64,000 nucleotides of DNA, from the NCBI GenBank assembly GCA_023245355.1, contig JAHFKN010000003.1, positions 121,368 to 185,367 on the forward strand, read 5' to 3'. Position numbers and translations under genes: made by a program. Under the pieces are notes generated by a model that saw only the letters and a list, made by a program, of their open reading frames with translations, made no database searches and was not told the DNA's origin. Each line of letters opens with the position of its first letter. Within the stretch, counting starts at the first letter, position 1. Of the stretch, positions 55,729 through 64,000 are shown one piece after another. The stretch comes from Candidatus Gottesmanbacteria bacterium. GTDB taxonomy: Bacteria > Patescibacteriota > Microgenomatia > UBA10105 > UBA927.

Positions 55729-56913
55729 TCAGATGAGATGTTTTGTCCGCAGCTGGCGATAGAGTGCGTGTTTCTCAAAGAGAATAGCGCCTGTGCCGAT
55801 CAGGACAAAGACGGCGCGGGCAAGCCAGCCCAAGACCGGGATAAGCGTAAATACTCCCAGGACGATGAGTCCCAAGAGCAGGTGCCATGCCCGGTGTACG
55901 TCAGCTTTTAGCCCCGTAAATATGCCGTTTCCGATGAACACCGCAGCATAGAGGTGTCCTGCTACGCACAGCAGTCCGAGCGCCATAAAGAGAAACATAC
56001 CGATCGGTATGCCGACAATCGTCGACATGGAGGCTATTGCCAACACCGGAAGCAGTATGACCGTGACAATCCCTAACCCGAATGATCCCCACATGTTTTT
56101 CTGCATTCCCTGAACCGTTTTATCGGTAAATACCGGAAACATCGCAAATAGGATGAGTCCCAGGACAAACAGTGCGGCAGTACCTACGACCGCCATGGTA
56201 ATGGCAAATCCCGCGATGATACCTGCAAATGCCTTCATGTCTCCTTTGGCGATTTTGGCCTGCTTTGCTTCATTTTTCGGCATCTGGTGAAATACCAGTT
56301 CTCCTGATAACGCGACATTGTCGGCTATGGTCGCTTCGCGTTCGCCCCAGTAGGTGACGTTTCCGGCAACTTTGGTTTTGGACTGCAGGATAAGTTCATC
56401 GACCGCCAGCAGCATATCGCCGCCGACTGAGTTATTGACCGTAAGTGTACCGGCACCCGCCGTAACCCCCCGTCCTGTGGGGGCGTAAATCCCTATGTTA
56501 CCCGCGCCCGCAAGGATACTGCCGGTGATTTTGGCATCCGGACTTATGATGACCGTGCCTCCGCCGAGCGTGACATTGCCTCCGACGGTACTTCCCAGGG
56601 TAAGCGAGCCGCCTGCGGCCCGGATATCATTTTTGACCGGTCCGCTGACCTGGATCGTGCCTCCGAGGGCAAACAGGTCGCCGTTTATCGTGCCGTCGAT
56701 TACGATTGATCCGCCTGCCAAATACACGTCTCCGTTGACGGTGCCCGATACCCGGACGGAATCACCGGCTGCGAAATAGTCTTTGTTGACGACCTCTTTG
56801 CGTTCCAGCACGGAAACGGTTTGTGGTCTGGAATCAGAAGTAGCATACGCGGAGCGGGCAAAAAACGTAACGGAAAGTAATACGAGGACAAAAAATTTTG
56901 CAAATAATTTCAT
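55729..56913 (-). CDS. Bactofilin-like (polymer-forming cytoskeletal repeat) domain protein with signal peptide and C-terminal TM bundle
   Basis: Signal peptide MKLFAKFFVLVLLSVTFFARSAYA, then repeated G-rich beta-helix strands (GDVYLAGGSIVIDGTINGDLFALGGTIQVSGPVKNDIRAAGGSLTLG...) typical of bactofilin/DUF583, then 4-5 TM helices. The ORF-track start at 57144 is over-extended. Confidence 0.5.
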   Translation of the reverse strand: MKLFAKFFVLVLLSVTFFARSAYATSDSRPQTVSVLERKEVVNKDYFAAGDSVRVSGTVNGDVYLAGGSIVIDGTINGDLFALGGTIQVSGPVKNDIRAAGGSLTLGSTVGGNVTLGGGTVIISPDAKITGSILAGAGNIGIYAPTGRGVTAGAGTLTVNNSVGGDMLLAVDELILQSKTKVAGNVTYWGEREATIADNVALSGELVFHQMPKNEAKQAKIAKGDMKAFAGIIAGFAITMAVVGTAALFVLGLILFAMFPVFTDKTVQGMQKNMWGSFGLGIVTVILLPVLAIASMSTIVGIPIGMFLFMALGLLCVAGHLYAAVFIGNGIFTGLKADVHRAWHLLLGLIVLGVFTLIPVLGWLARAVFVLIGTGAILFEKHALYRQLRTKHLI

Positions 56914-57250
56914 TGATGTACCCCTCTCTAAACCCACGATACACAATGTGAAAACTAATGTAAATAGTGTGAAACTTACGGGATATATCCGCAGGGGGTA
57001 ACAGGCGGAGTGCTTGCAGGGTTGCCGTGGCGTACCCATGAGCCGTTTACACACCGCCACGTATCTTCCGGTCCTCCAAGGAGAAATCGGGCAATAAACA
57101 TAAGGAGTGCGGCTATCGCGGTAATACCCGCGACTTTTATCCATGTCGTCTGCATATCACCTATTATATACCCTCCCGCTAAACAGGCTGATGCTAGGTT
57201 TGGTACAATAATGCTTCATGATCTGGCAATCACTTCCGCGTCCGTTTCTC

Positions 57251-58204
57251 ATGCTTGCCCCTCTGGAGGGGGTAGCTGATACCGTGTTCCGGCAGATAGT
57301 CGCATCTACCGCCAAACCTGATCTTTTTGTGACGGAATTTACCTCCGCTGACGGATATTGTTCTCCGGGGCGTAAGATCGTGGAAGAAAACTTCGTCTTT
57401 ACTCCTGTAGAACAGCCGCTGATTGCACAAATTTGGGGCAAAAATCCCGGCACGGTGTTTGAAACCGCCAAAGCTATCGCCGGTATGGGATTTGCCGGCA
57501 TCGACATAAATATGGGATGCCCTGACAAAACGGTAATGACGCACGGGGGAGGGGCAGCGATGATCGAAACGCCGGAGATTGCGGCCCAGGTGATCCGGGC
57601 TGCCAAAGACGGCATCAACGCCTCCGGCACAGATATACCGCTGAGTGTAAAAACCCGTATCGGTATCAAACGTATCAACGAATCATGGATTCCATTTCTT
57701 CTGGAACAGGGGATAGACGCGCTTACCGTTCACGGCAGAACGGCCGCGGAGTTGTCCAAGGTACCGGCACACTGGGACGAGATAGGCAAAGCAGTAGAAA
57801 TCCGCAACCGCATGAAGGTGTCTACTATGATTGTCGGCAACGGCGACGTAAAAGATGCCAAAGACGCAATGGAAAAACACCGGCAGTATGGTGTGGACGG
57901 CGTCATGATCGGCCGCGGAATATTTGCCAATTTGTGGGCGTTTGACAGGTCGCCTACGCCGCACGTGGCTGCCCCCAAAGAATTGTTGGCAGTTATGGAG
58001 CGGCATATCAGGCTGTTCTCCCAAACCTGGGCGCACAAGAAAAATTACGCGATTTTAAAGAAGTTCTACAAAATTTACGTGAACGGATTTCATAGCGCCA
58101 CGGAGTGGCGCGTGCGCTGCATGGCGACCAACAGTCCGGAAGAGATTCTGGCAATTTTGGATGAACTCAACCGCGCAATTGGAACGGAACCGATGATACA
58201 ATAA
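57251..58204 (+). CDS. dus: tRNA-dihydrouridine synthase
   Basis: MLAPLEGVAD..., DINMGCP (FMN/active site), TVHGRT. Start at ATG 57251. Confidence 0.7.
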   Translation: MLAPLEGVADTVFRQIVASTAKPDLFVTEFTSADGYCSPGRKIVEENFVFTPVEQPLIAQIWGKNPGTVFETAKAIAGMGFAGIDINMGCPDKTVMTHGGGAAMIETPEIAAQVIRAAKDGINASGTDIPLSVKTRIGIKRINESWIPFLLEQGIDALTVHGRTAAELSKVPAHWDEIGKAVEIRNRMKVSTMIVGNGDVKDAKDAMEKHRQYGVDGVMIGRGIFANLWAFDRSPTPHVAAPKELLAVMERHIRLFSQTWAHKKNYAILKKFYKIYVNGFHSATEWRVRCMATNSPEEILAILDELNRAIGTEPMIQ

Positions 58205-58211
58205 TTCTATC

Positions 58212-58919
58212 GTGAGTAAAGAATCCCTGTTCCAATACACCTGTGCTGCCGTATTTGCCGCGGGTGTTATATTTGGGCTGTATCGGGTAGACGTATTGGC
58301 TTCGGGAGAACCGGGATTATCAGCACTCAGTGTGGCCACGGCCTCGGGCACACTGTTTCTTTTGGGGTTCGTGCTTCTTATGGGTCCTTTATGCCGGATG
58401 TTTGCCATATTTGACCGGGTGCTTAAATTCCGTAAAGAACTCGGGATCATGACGTTTGTTACTTCACTTACCCATGTGTATCTTGTGATGTTTCCGTTGG
58501 CGCGAAGCGGTCCGTGGGGACTCTTCCGGTCGCGGCCGTTTTCCGCGTATCCCGGACTAGAAGCGCTCATCGTACTGTTTGTCCTGCTTATTTTTTCCTG
58601 GAACTGGTCCATGAAGCTGTTGGGGACCAAACTGTGGTGGGAGCTGCAGTATTGGGGCGCCAGACTTGCATTCGTGTTAATCGGCGTTCACATGGTCGTG
58701 CTCAAATACAAAACGATTGTTTCGTGGGCGATGCCCGGTAATCTGCCGGAAGCGGGCAGTCACATCCCTCCGCTTATTGTCTGGGAAGCACAGTTTCTCC
58801 TGTTGGTGCTTGTAATCCGGCTTTCGGAATTGTTTGGGGTCAAGATTGCGAGAATAATCACTCAGGTATCCACGGCATTAGTGCTTGTCGTGCTGCTATG
58901 GACCACGTTTGCCGGGTGA
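58212..58919 (+). CDS. Integral membrane protein (hypothetical)
   Basis: 235 aa with 6 predicted TM helices. Confidence 0.4.
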   Translation: MSKESLFQYTCAAVFAAGVIFGLYRVDVLASGEPGLSALSVATASGTLFLLGFVLLMGPLCRMFAIFDRVLKFRKELGIMTFVTSLTHVYLVMFPLARSGPWGLFRSRPFSAYPGLEALIVLFVLLIFSWNWSMKLLGTKLWWELQYWGARLAFVLIGVHMVVLKYKTIVSWAMPGNLPEAGSHIPPLIVWEAQFLLLVLVIRLSELFGVKIARIITQVSTALVLVVLLWTTFAG

Positions 58920-58928
58920 GCGCTTGCA

Positions 58929-59234
58929 TTGTATACGGGCACGTGCCATGATGAATATATGTCACTGGGACATCTTCTAAAGCATCATAAACTGTTTTTC
59001 GTTTACCTCATTCTTTTCTTCGTCGTCGGGGCAGTCGATATGTTTAATCTCGACCGGCTGATTTATAAAGCAGTCTGCGATATGGTAGCCCCCGTTTCCG
59101 GCAGCCCGTGTCCGCCGTACTATGATATTCCGATCTGGAGCGTGTATCTTTCGCTTGCGGTGTTAGCAGGGCTGTATCACGTCCACGACGAGATCAGAAC
59201 GTCTAACAAGCACTTATCCGCCCACAAACACTGA
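58929..59234 (+). CDS. Small membrane protein (hypothetical)
   Basis: 101 aa with 2 TM segments. Confidence 0.3.
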   Translation: MYTGTCHDEYMSLGHLLKHHKLFFVYLILFFVVGAVDMFNLDRLIYKAVCDMVAPVSGSPCPPYYDIPIWSVYLSLAVLAGLYHVHDEIRTSNKHLSAHKH

Positions 59235-59242
59235 TTCGAGGT

Positions 59243-59467
59243 TCATTTCCCGGTGATTTCAAACAGTTTTTGCTTGGATTTGTGGCCGGAAAGAAGAATC
59301 ACCGCACTCTTTTTCACCCCGAAATGTTTTGCCAGTGCTTCCATCGCTGCCTGATTGGCTTTGCCCTCCAGCGGGGGAGCGTTTACGTACACGTGCAGCA
59401 TGCCAGTCAGGTCTTCTTCTACCCTTGGCCGCTTCGCGTTGGGGTGGGTGATAACGGATATCCGCAT
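59243..59467 (-). CDS. DUF167 (YggU/UPF0235) family protein
   Basis: MRISVITHPNAKRPRVEE...GMLHVYVNAPPLEGKANQA matches DUF167. The ORF-track start at 59596 adds 43 implausible residues. Confidence 0.55.
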   Translation of the reverse strand: MRISVITHPNAKRPRVEEDLTGMLHVYVNAPPLEGKANQAAMEALAKHFGVKKSAVILLSGHKSKQKLFEITGK

Positions 59468-59620
59468 AGAGAGATTATACCGCAACGAGTGCGTCGCTGT
59501 TATCTGGTTTTTCCGAGGAGATTTAGCATGCTCGCGCGAGTGGAGTGGAAGAATGAGAGTGGGTAAATAGGGCGTCAGGTTGAGATAATATGACAATAAT
59601 GTTTTAAATTACTGTTTTAG

Positions 59621-59629
59621 TGATATAAT
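59621..59629 (+). promoter_or_regulatory. Extended -10 promoter (TGATATAAT) for island operon
   Basis: Perfect extended -10 element 12 nt upstream of ATG 59641 with no SD sequence, implying a near-leaderless transcript. Confidence 0.4.
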
Positions 59630-59640
59630 TTTTATCGCCT

Positions 59641-60789
59641 ATGATAAAAAGCATCACTATCAATAATTTTAAAAGCATAATTAATTCTTCAATAAAATTT
59701 CCAGCTTTCGTAACAATAGCGGGCGAGAATGCTGTGGGCAAAACTAATCTTATTCAGTCTATTAAATTCTTAAAAAGTATTATTTTGGGAGCCTCAACGA
59801 ATGAGGCTCAAAAAAAGATTAGCTTAATTCCAAATGAACTATTTAATTTTACAGATAAGAACACAGAATTTTCTATACAAATTGTTGTAGAAACTAAAGA
59901 AGAGATTGAATATGAGTTTTATATAAAAGTTTCCTTAAAGAATGGATCTCCTGTTCCGCCCTTGCTACTAGTAAAACAAGAAAAGTTAATTCGCTACAGT
60001 AAAGAGCTGGGGAACCAAATTGTATACCTTCGTGAAGGCGGTGACTTTAAAGAAAAAGGAACTACACCATTCCCTTTAGCAGTTGAGCCAAATAAATTAG
60101 CATTATCAATCTATAAGAATCAGGACACAGATAATATTAAATATTTTTTTTCAAATCTAGTAATACCTGATTTTGAGGACATTAATAATCTCAACTCTAT
60201 TGGCATTGGGAAACAGGGCTCAACGAGTAGTGATTTAGCGGATATTCTTATTAACTTAAGTCATGGCAAGCCAGAAGTATATCAAGATTTCTTAAAGATA
60301 ACTAGAAAATTTATGCCCTATTTTTCTTCTTTCAACGAGATTCCGATGTCAAACACGAGTGACGAAAGCACAAAAGGAAATTTTTTGCTGGTTTTAGCTG
60401 AAAATAACCTAAAAGAAAGTCTTTCAATGCAATCCATATCAGCTGGAGACATAAGAACCTTATACTTAATAGCTAGTGCGTTGACGGTCGAAAATAATTC
60501 AAGTTTGATAATTGAGGAAATTGAAAATGGAATTCATCCGAAAAGAATTTTGGACTTGGTTGATCAGTTGGAAACCATAGCTAGGGTTAAAGATTTACAG
60601 ATCATTTTTACCACTCATAGTTCAATGCTAATTAACAAAATGCCAGTCACTAAAATTATTTTTGTACAAAAGAAAACTGATACTGGGACGCAGTTTCATT
60701 TACTAACCGACTCCGATCAAATAACTAAGATTCGAGATTATTTAGAGAATGGCGGAGACATAACGGATTATTTAAATAATCTTCGATAG
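59641..60789 (+). CDS. OLD/ABC-type AAA ATPase (AAA_15/AAA_21-like) of a candidate two-gene defence module
   Basis: N-terminal ITINNFKSI...VTIAGENAVGKTNLIQSI (Walker A), central coiled/insert region, ISAGDIRTL (signature-like), LIIEEIENGIHP (Walker B and D-loop), FTTHS (H-loop). AT-rich codon usage. Confidence 0.7.
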   Translation: MIKSITINNFKSIINSSIKFPAFVTIAGENAVGKTNLIQSIKFLKSIILGASTNEAQKKISLIPNELFNFTDKNTEFSIQIVVETKEEIEYEFYIKVSLKNGSPVPPLLLVKQEKLIRYSKELGNQIVYLREGGDFKEKGTTPFPLAVEPNKLALSIYKNQDTDNIKYFFSNLVIPDFEDINNLNSIGIGKQGSTSSDLADILINLSHGKPEVYQDFLKITRKFMPYFSSFNEIPMSNTSDESTKGNFLLVLAENNLKESLSMQSISAGDIRTLYLIASALTVENNSSLIIEEIENGIHPKRILDLVDQLETIARVKDLQIIFTTHSSMLINKMPVTKIIFVQKKTDTGTQFHLLTDSDQITKIRDYLENGGDITDYLNNLR

Positions 60790-60792
60790 CCT

Positions 60793-61377
60793 ATGAAAAT
60801 TGGCGTCCTTTATGAGGGAAAATTTGATGATAGAGCTATCAAAAGGATAATTATTAAGATTATTTTACAGAAGTATCCTCGTGTAGACCCTGCAGATATA
60901 GTATTTGTTACCAAATCGGGTGGAGGTAATATAGAAGGGCATATATATCCAGCAACGTCATTATTTTTTGTAGCGAATAATTGTGATTGTGCTATATACA
61001 TTTCTGATACTGATAATGGAGCAACGTCGGTGAGGAAAAAAATGCAAAGAGTCGCCGCAAAAGTAAAAAAAGCTGTGGAGGACTTAGCAAGAGGAGCACG
61101 AGTGGTAGTAGCTTGTCCAAAACCAGAACTGGAGCAGTGGTTTTTTGGAGATGAATTGACAATTAAGAGAGTATTGGAATTGCCAGAAACCGAACCGCTA
61201 AAATATCCTGAGATGGCGCCTAAGGATAGGTTGACTAAATTAATATTTGATTATAATAGTTATTTATTAACGCCAGTAGAGATTTACGAGAAAATAGCTA
61301 GTCATCTGGATTTAGCTAAATTAGATGATCACCGTAGTTTTAGAAAATTTCGCCTTGAGTTGTTGAGTAATATTTAA
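60793..61377 (+). CDS. Small TOPRIM-like protein (DUF4276/RloB-like) partner of the ATPase
   Basis: 194 aa. VLYEGKFDD (TOPRIM Glu), AIYISDTDNG (DxD), a later acidic ELEQW. Coupled to the ATPase with a 3-nt gap. AT-rich. Confidence 0.5.
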   Translation: MKIGVLYEGKFDDRAIKRIIIKIILQKYPRVDPADIVFVTKSGGGNIEGHIYPATSLFFVANNCDCAIYISDTDNGATSVRKKMQRVAAKVKKAVEDLARGARVVVACPKPELEQWFFGDELTIKRVLELPETEPLKYPEMAPKDRLTKLIFDYNSYLLTPVEIYEKIASHLDLAKLDDHRSFRKFRLELLSNI

Positions 61378-61476
61378 TCCCCTAACTTACCTAATTCCAC
61401 AAGAGGTTATGAATGTGATTGATTACGACTAAACAAGCGATTTTGTTAATACTTGAATTCACTTAGTAGTTTGGGT

Positions 61477-62715
61477 TTATTGCCACTTTTCCAGTGCCCG
61501 CTGAAGTTCAGGACTGTCTTTAGCTTCCGAGAGGGGAATACCGGCAAGAGTAGCTTTGAGCGACTGGACGATGGCGCGTGCTCCCGCGGGTGTACCGTCC
61601 GGGTGCCCGTGAATGCCGCCGCCGAAGTTCATCAGCAAATCCTTGCCGAGGATAGAAACCAGATCAGGAATGTGTCCCGGATGTAGTCCGCCCGATGCGG
61701 TAGGGAGTGTGGTTTTTAAGCCATACCATTCACTGCGCAGGAAATTATTAATCGTCACCACTTCTTCTTTGCCGCCTTCCATTTTCCCGACCACCGTACC
61801 TGTGTGGAATGAGTCGATACCGGCGAGTCTCGCCAGTTTAGCGATAACCAGCATGGAGATGCCATACTGCCGAGAGCGGGTAAATGCCGCGTGCATCGCG
61901 CGGTGCCCGTGGATCATGAGCCCGTAATTCCGGTTCCGTATCCCTTGGGTTGCCGCAAATCCTGCGGTGAGCACGTCAATCATCAGGCAGTTAGCGCCCG
62001 AGTCCCGCACGTAGTTAGCCCGTTTCATCATCTCTTCGTAGCTTGCTGTGATGTTAAACGCGTGGACTTTTGCCTTTCCGATCTCCAGATATCCTTTTTC
62101 TTTCATGCGGCTGGTGACTTCGTCTACCCGGGTGTAGAAACTATCAAACGTCATGTTGGCGAGGTTCTCGTCGTCTTTTACTAAGTTTACGCCGTTGTCC
62201 CATACTTCCATACATGCTTCTGCGTGACGCACGCTCGTAAGTCCCAGTTTGGGTTTGATGATGGAGCCGGTGAGCGGACCGTCTTTGACTCCGGTGAGAT
62301 TACGTATGCCGTCTATGCCGAGAGCCGGTCCCGGAAACGCCTTTACAAATACTTCAGGAAATTCCAAATCTTCGAGCCGGAGCCCCACGATTTCTTTGAG
62401 TCCGAATACGTTTCCCGTGATGGAGGAGAGAAGCTGGGGGACACTTCCTGCCTCAAACAGGTCCAAAGGATATGCGACAGTGATGCGTCCCGAATTTTCG
62501 TCCATGGCAATCACTTTGGCATGGAGTTTGTCCCAGATGTCTTTTTCTTCCAGTCCTGAGTCGGTCCACGTGCCGACGGAGGATTCTGCAGCGACGCCTC
62601 CTGCTGTTTTATCGAACGGTTCTCCCTCTACTTTGAGGGTAAAGGTGGCTACGATGTGTTTGGTTTTATCGACCGTTTCGTTTAATGCCAGATAGTTTTT
62701 ATACTGATTTGCCAT
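61477..62715 (-). CDS. rbcL: Ribulose-1,5-bisphosphate carboxylase large-subunit homolog, form III / II-III type
   Basis: Catalytic loop GSIIKPKLGL, KDDENL, and the C-terminal GGG..HGHP loop-6 region. 412 aa from ATG 62715 (MANQYKNYL); the ORF-track start is over-extended. Confidence 0.8.
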   Translation of the reverse strand: MANQYKNYLALNETVDKTKHIVATFTLKVEGEPFDKTAGGVAAESSVGTWTDSGLEEKDIWDKLHAKVIAMDENSGRITVAYPLDLFEAGSVPQLLSSITGNVFGLKEIVGLRLEDLEFPEVFVKAFPGPALGIDGIRNLTGVKDGPLTGSIIKPKLGLTSVRHAEACMEVWDNGVNLVKDDENLANMTFDSFYTRVDEVTSRMKEKGYLEIGKAKVHAFNITASYEEMMKRANYVRDSGANCLMIDVLTAGFAATQGIRNRNYGLMIHGHRAMHAAFTRSRQYGISMLVIAKLARLAGIDSFHTGTVVGKMEGGKEEVVTINNFLRSEWYGLKTTLPTASGGLHPGHIPDLVSILGKDLLMNFGGGIHGHPDGTPAGARAIVQSLKATLAGIPLSEAKDSPELQRALEKWQ

Positions 62716-63721
62716 AGTAGAGATGTTTGTCGTGTCCTTTGTCAAAAATAAACGGATAGCGCTTTTTGGTAGCCGCCAGCACCTGTTTGCCGGCAATCAC
62801 GCCGTCTTCACAGATTACTTTTATATTACTAAGATACGGCACATAATCAAAGGCCGGCGCGTAGAATTTGAGATTTGTAGGAGCATCGGCCCATATTTCG
62901 TCCGTGCTCCGCATTTCTATCATGGCCGGGGAAAAAGGTTTCGGGTCATACTTGAGAAGTGTTGTGAGCACATAGACGGGAATGTGTTTGCGTTTGGCGG
63001 CGGCAGAAACAGCCAGTGAGCCGATTTTGTTTACGAACCCCTTGTCATTGATAAGATCCGCTCCGATAAACACCGCGTCGATTTTGCCGATACGTCCCTC
63101 GATGAGCGCGACTGCGACATCGTCTACGACCATCGTCACATCGCTAAAACCCGCGGCGAGCAGTTCTTTGGCAGTCGTCCTGCCTTGGAACCGCGGCCGG
63201 GTTTCCGCGACATACACCGAGAAATATGCGCCCTTGCTGCGGGCCTCCGTAAACATGTTCACAGTCGTAGATGAATGACAAAGTGTAAGGTACACGCCGC
63301 CGTCCACAAGGAGCGGGGCCCCCAGAGCAGGAATAGTCTTTTTGCCGGCAGAAACATATTCCCTGTATTCTTCTATCCTATTTAGCGCTTCCGACGTACA
63401 CCCTAAGCTTACGAAGCGCACGGCGTTTTGTGCCAGCGGTTCGGTTGGGCGGGCGTATGCTAACCGCTCGCCTAATTTAGTCAGTTCATAGCAGGAGATG
63501 TCCGGATTGTTGTGCATGACGCCGGAGAGTGTATCGAGCACCTTGAGTGCGACGTTTGTCGCTCCCTGGACTTTGAGGGACTTGATGTCAGATTCTGCCG
63601 TATCTATAAAATCCGTCACTATTTTAGTGTAGGACAAATACGTGCCGGGGGCAATCCGATTCCGTGAGGTTTCTTTTGGGTTTTCCGGAAATGGCCGGAG
63701 CCGTGATACAATTCCAGTCAT
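62699..63721 (-). CDS. Ribose-1,5-bisphosphate isomerase (eIF-2B alpha/beta/delta / e2b2 family)
   Basis: eIF-2B-like fold motifs ([24 protein letters not shown]). 340 aa from ATG 63721. Stop overlaps the RuBisCO start by 17 nt. Confidence 0.6.
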   Translation of the reverse strand: MTGIVSRLRPFPENPKETSRNRIAPGTYLSYTKIVTDFIDTAESDIKSLKVQGATNVALKVLDTLSGVMHNNPDISCYELTKLGERLAYARPTEPLAQNAVRFVSLGCTSEALNRIEEYREYVSAGKKTIPALGAPLLVDGGVYLTLCHSSTTVNMFTEARSKGAYFSVYVAETRPRFQGRTTAKELLAAGFSDVTMVVDDVAVALIEGRIGKIDAVFIGADLINDKGFVNKIGSLAVSAAAKRKHIPVYVLTTLLKYDPKPFSPAMIEMRSTDEIWADAPTNLKFYAPAFDYVPYLSNIKVICEDGVIAGKQVLAATKKRYPFIFDKGHDKHLYYGKSV

Positions 63722-64000
63722 GAACCTGAAGATCGGTATCGTCGGACTGCCAAATGCAGGCAAAAGCACGCTGTTTAACGCGCTGCTCAAAAAGCAGGTG
63801 GCATTTGCCGCCAACTATCCGTTTGCAACCATAGAGCCCAATATCGGCGTGGTTCCGGTGCCGGACGAACGGCTTGGGAAACTCGCGGAAACGACCAAAG
63901 CAGAAGACCATCTGGAAAAATTGCCGCCGCTTAGGCCCGCTACCGTCGAGTTTGTGGATATCGCGGGCCTCGTAAAGGGAGCAAGCGAGGGAGAGGGATT
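63720..64000 (+). CDS. ychF: Ribosome-binding ATPase YchF (Obg-family GTPase), N-terminal fragment running off window end
   Basis: Hand translation [52 protein letters not shown]... is diagnostic of YchF. Absent from the ORF track because there is no stop within the window. Confidence 0.7.
   Translation, partial: MNLKIGIVGLPNAGKSTLFNALLKKQVAFAANYPFATIEPNIGVVPVPDERLGKLAETTKAEDHLEKLPPLRPATVEFVDIAGLVKGASEGEG

Noticed and set aside
59243-59596. 117-aa version of the DUF167 gene as given in the ORF track
   Set aside because: The first 43 residues (MSYYLNLTPYLPTLILPLH...) are not part of DUF167 and would run the gene into the upstream intergenic region. The internal Met giving MRISVITHPNAKRP matches the family N-terminus, so the gene was called 59243-59467.

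Overview
The window is gene-dense (about 75 genes) with roughly 50% GC. Most of it is housekeeping content typical of a small-genome bacterium, including rpsB-tsf-frr-rseP, rpsU-yqeY-ybeY-dnaX-ybaB, prs-recR-cysS, glyA, glmS, proS, ahcY and a partial ychF. It also carries a form III-like RuBisCO next to a ribose-1,5-bisphosphate isomerase (AMP/nucleoside salvage) and a cluster of nucleotide-salvage genes: a deoxynucleoside kinase, a HAD hydrolase, a deoxyribosyltransferase-like/thymidylate kinase fusion, and dCTP deaminase followed by an MtrA-like/thymidylate synthase fusion. Taken together with the short EF-Ts and the archaeal-type ProRS, this suggests, by inference only, a CPR/Patescibacteria-like organism. 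I found no tRNA or rRNA genes, no CRISPR array, and no integrase or transposase. The most interesting feature is a ~1.9 kb sharply AT-rich island (59585-61476) inserted between a DUF167 gene and the RuBisCO locus. It encodes only an OLD/ABC-type AAA ATPase and a translationally coupled small TOPRIM-like protein, a compact candidate defence or abortive-infection module with its own near-leaderless promoter. Cis-regulatory RNA candidates are a glmS ribozyme in the glmS leader, a T-box leader ahead of csaA-proS, a terminator-bounded sRNA candidate, and an unexplained 420-nt noncoding block at 32554-32973. Several start codons in the provided ORF track look over-extended because it allows GTG/TTG starts, and I adjusted those.
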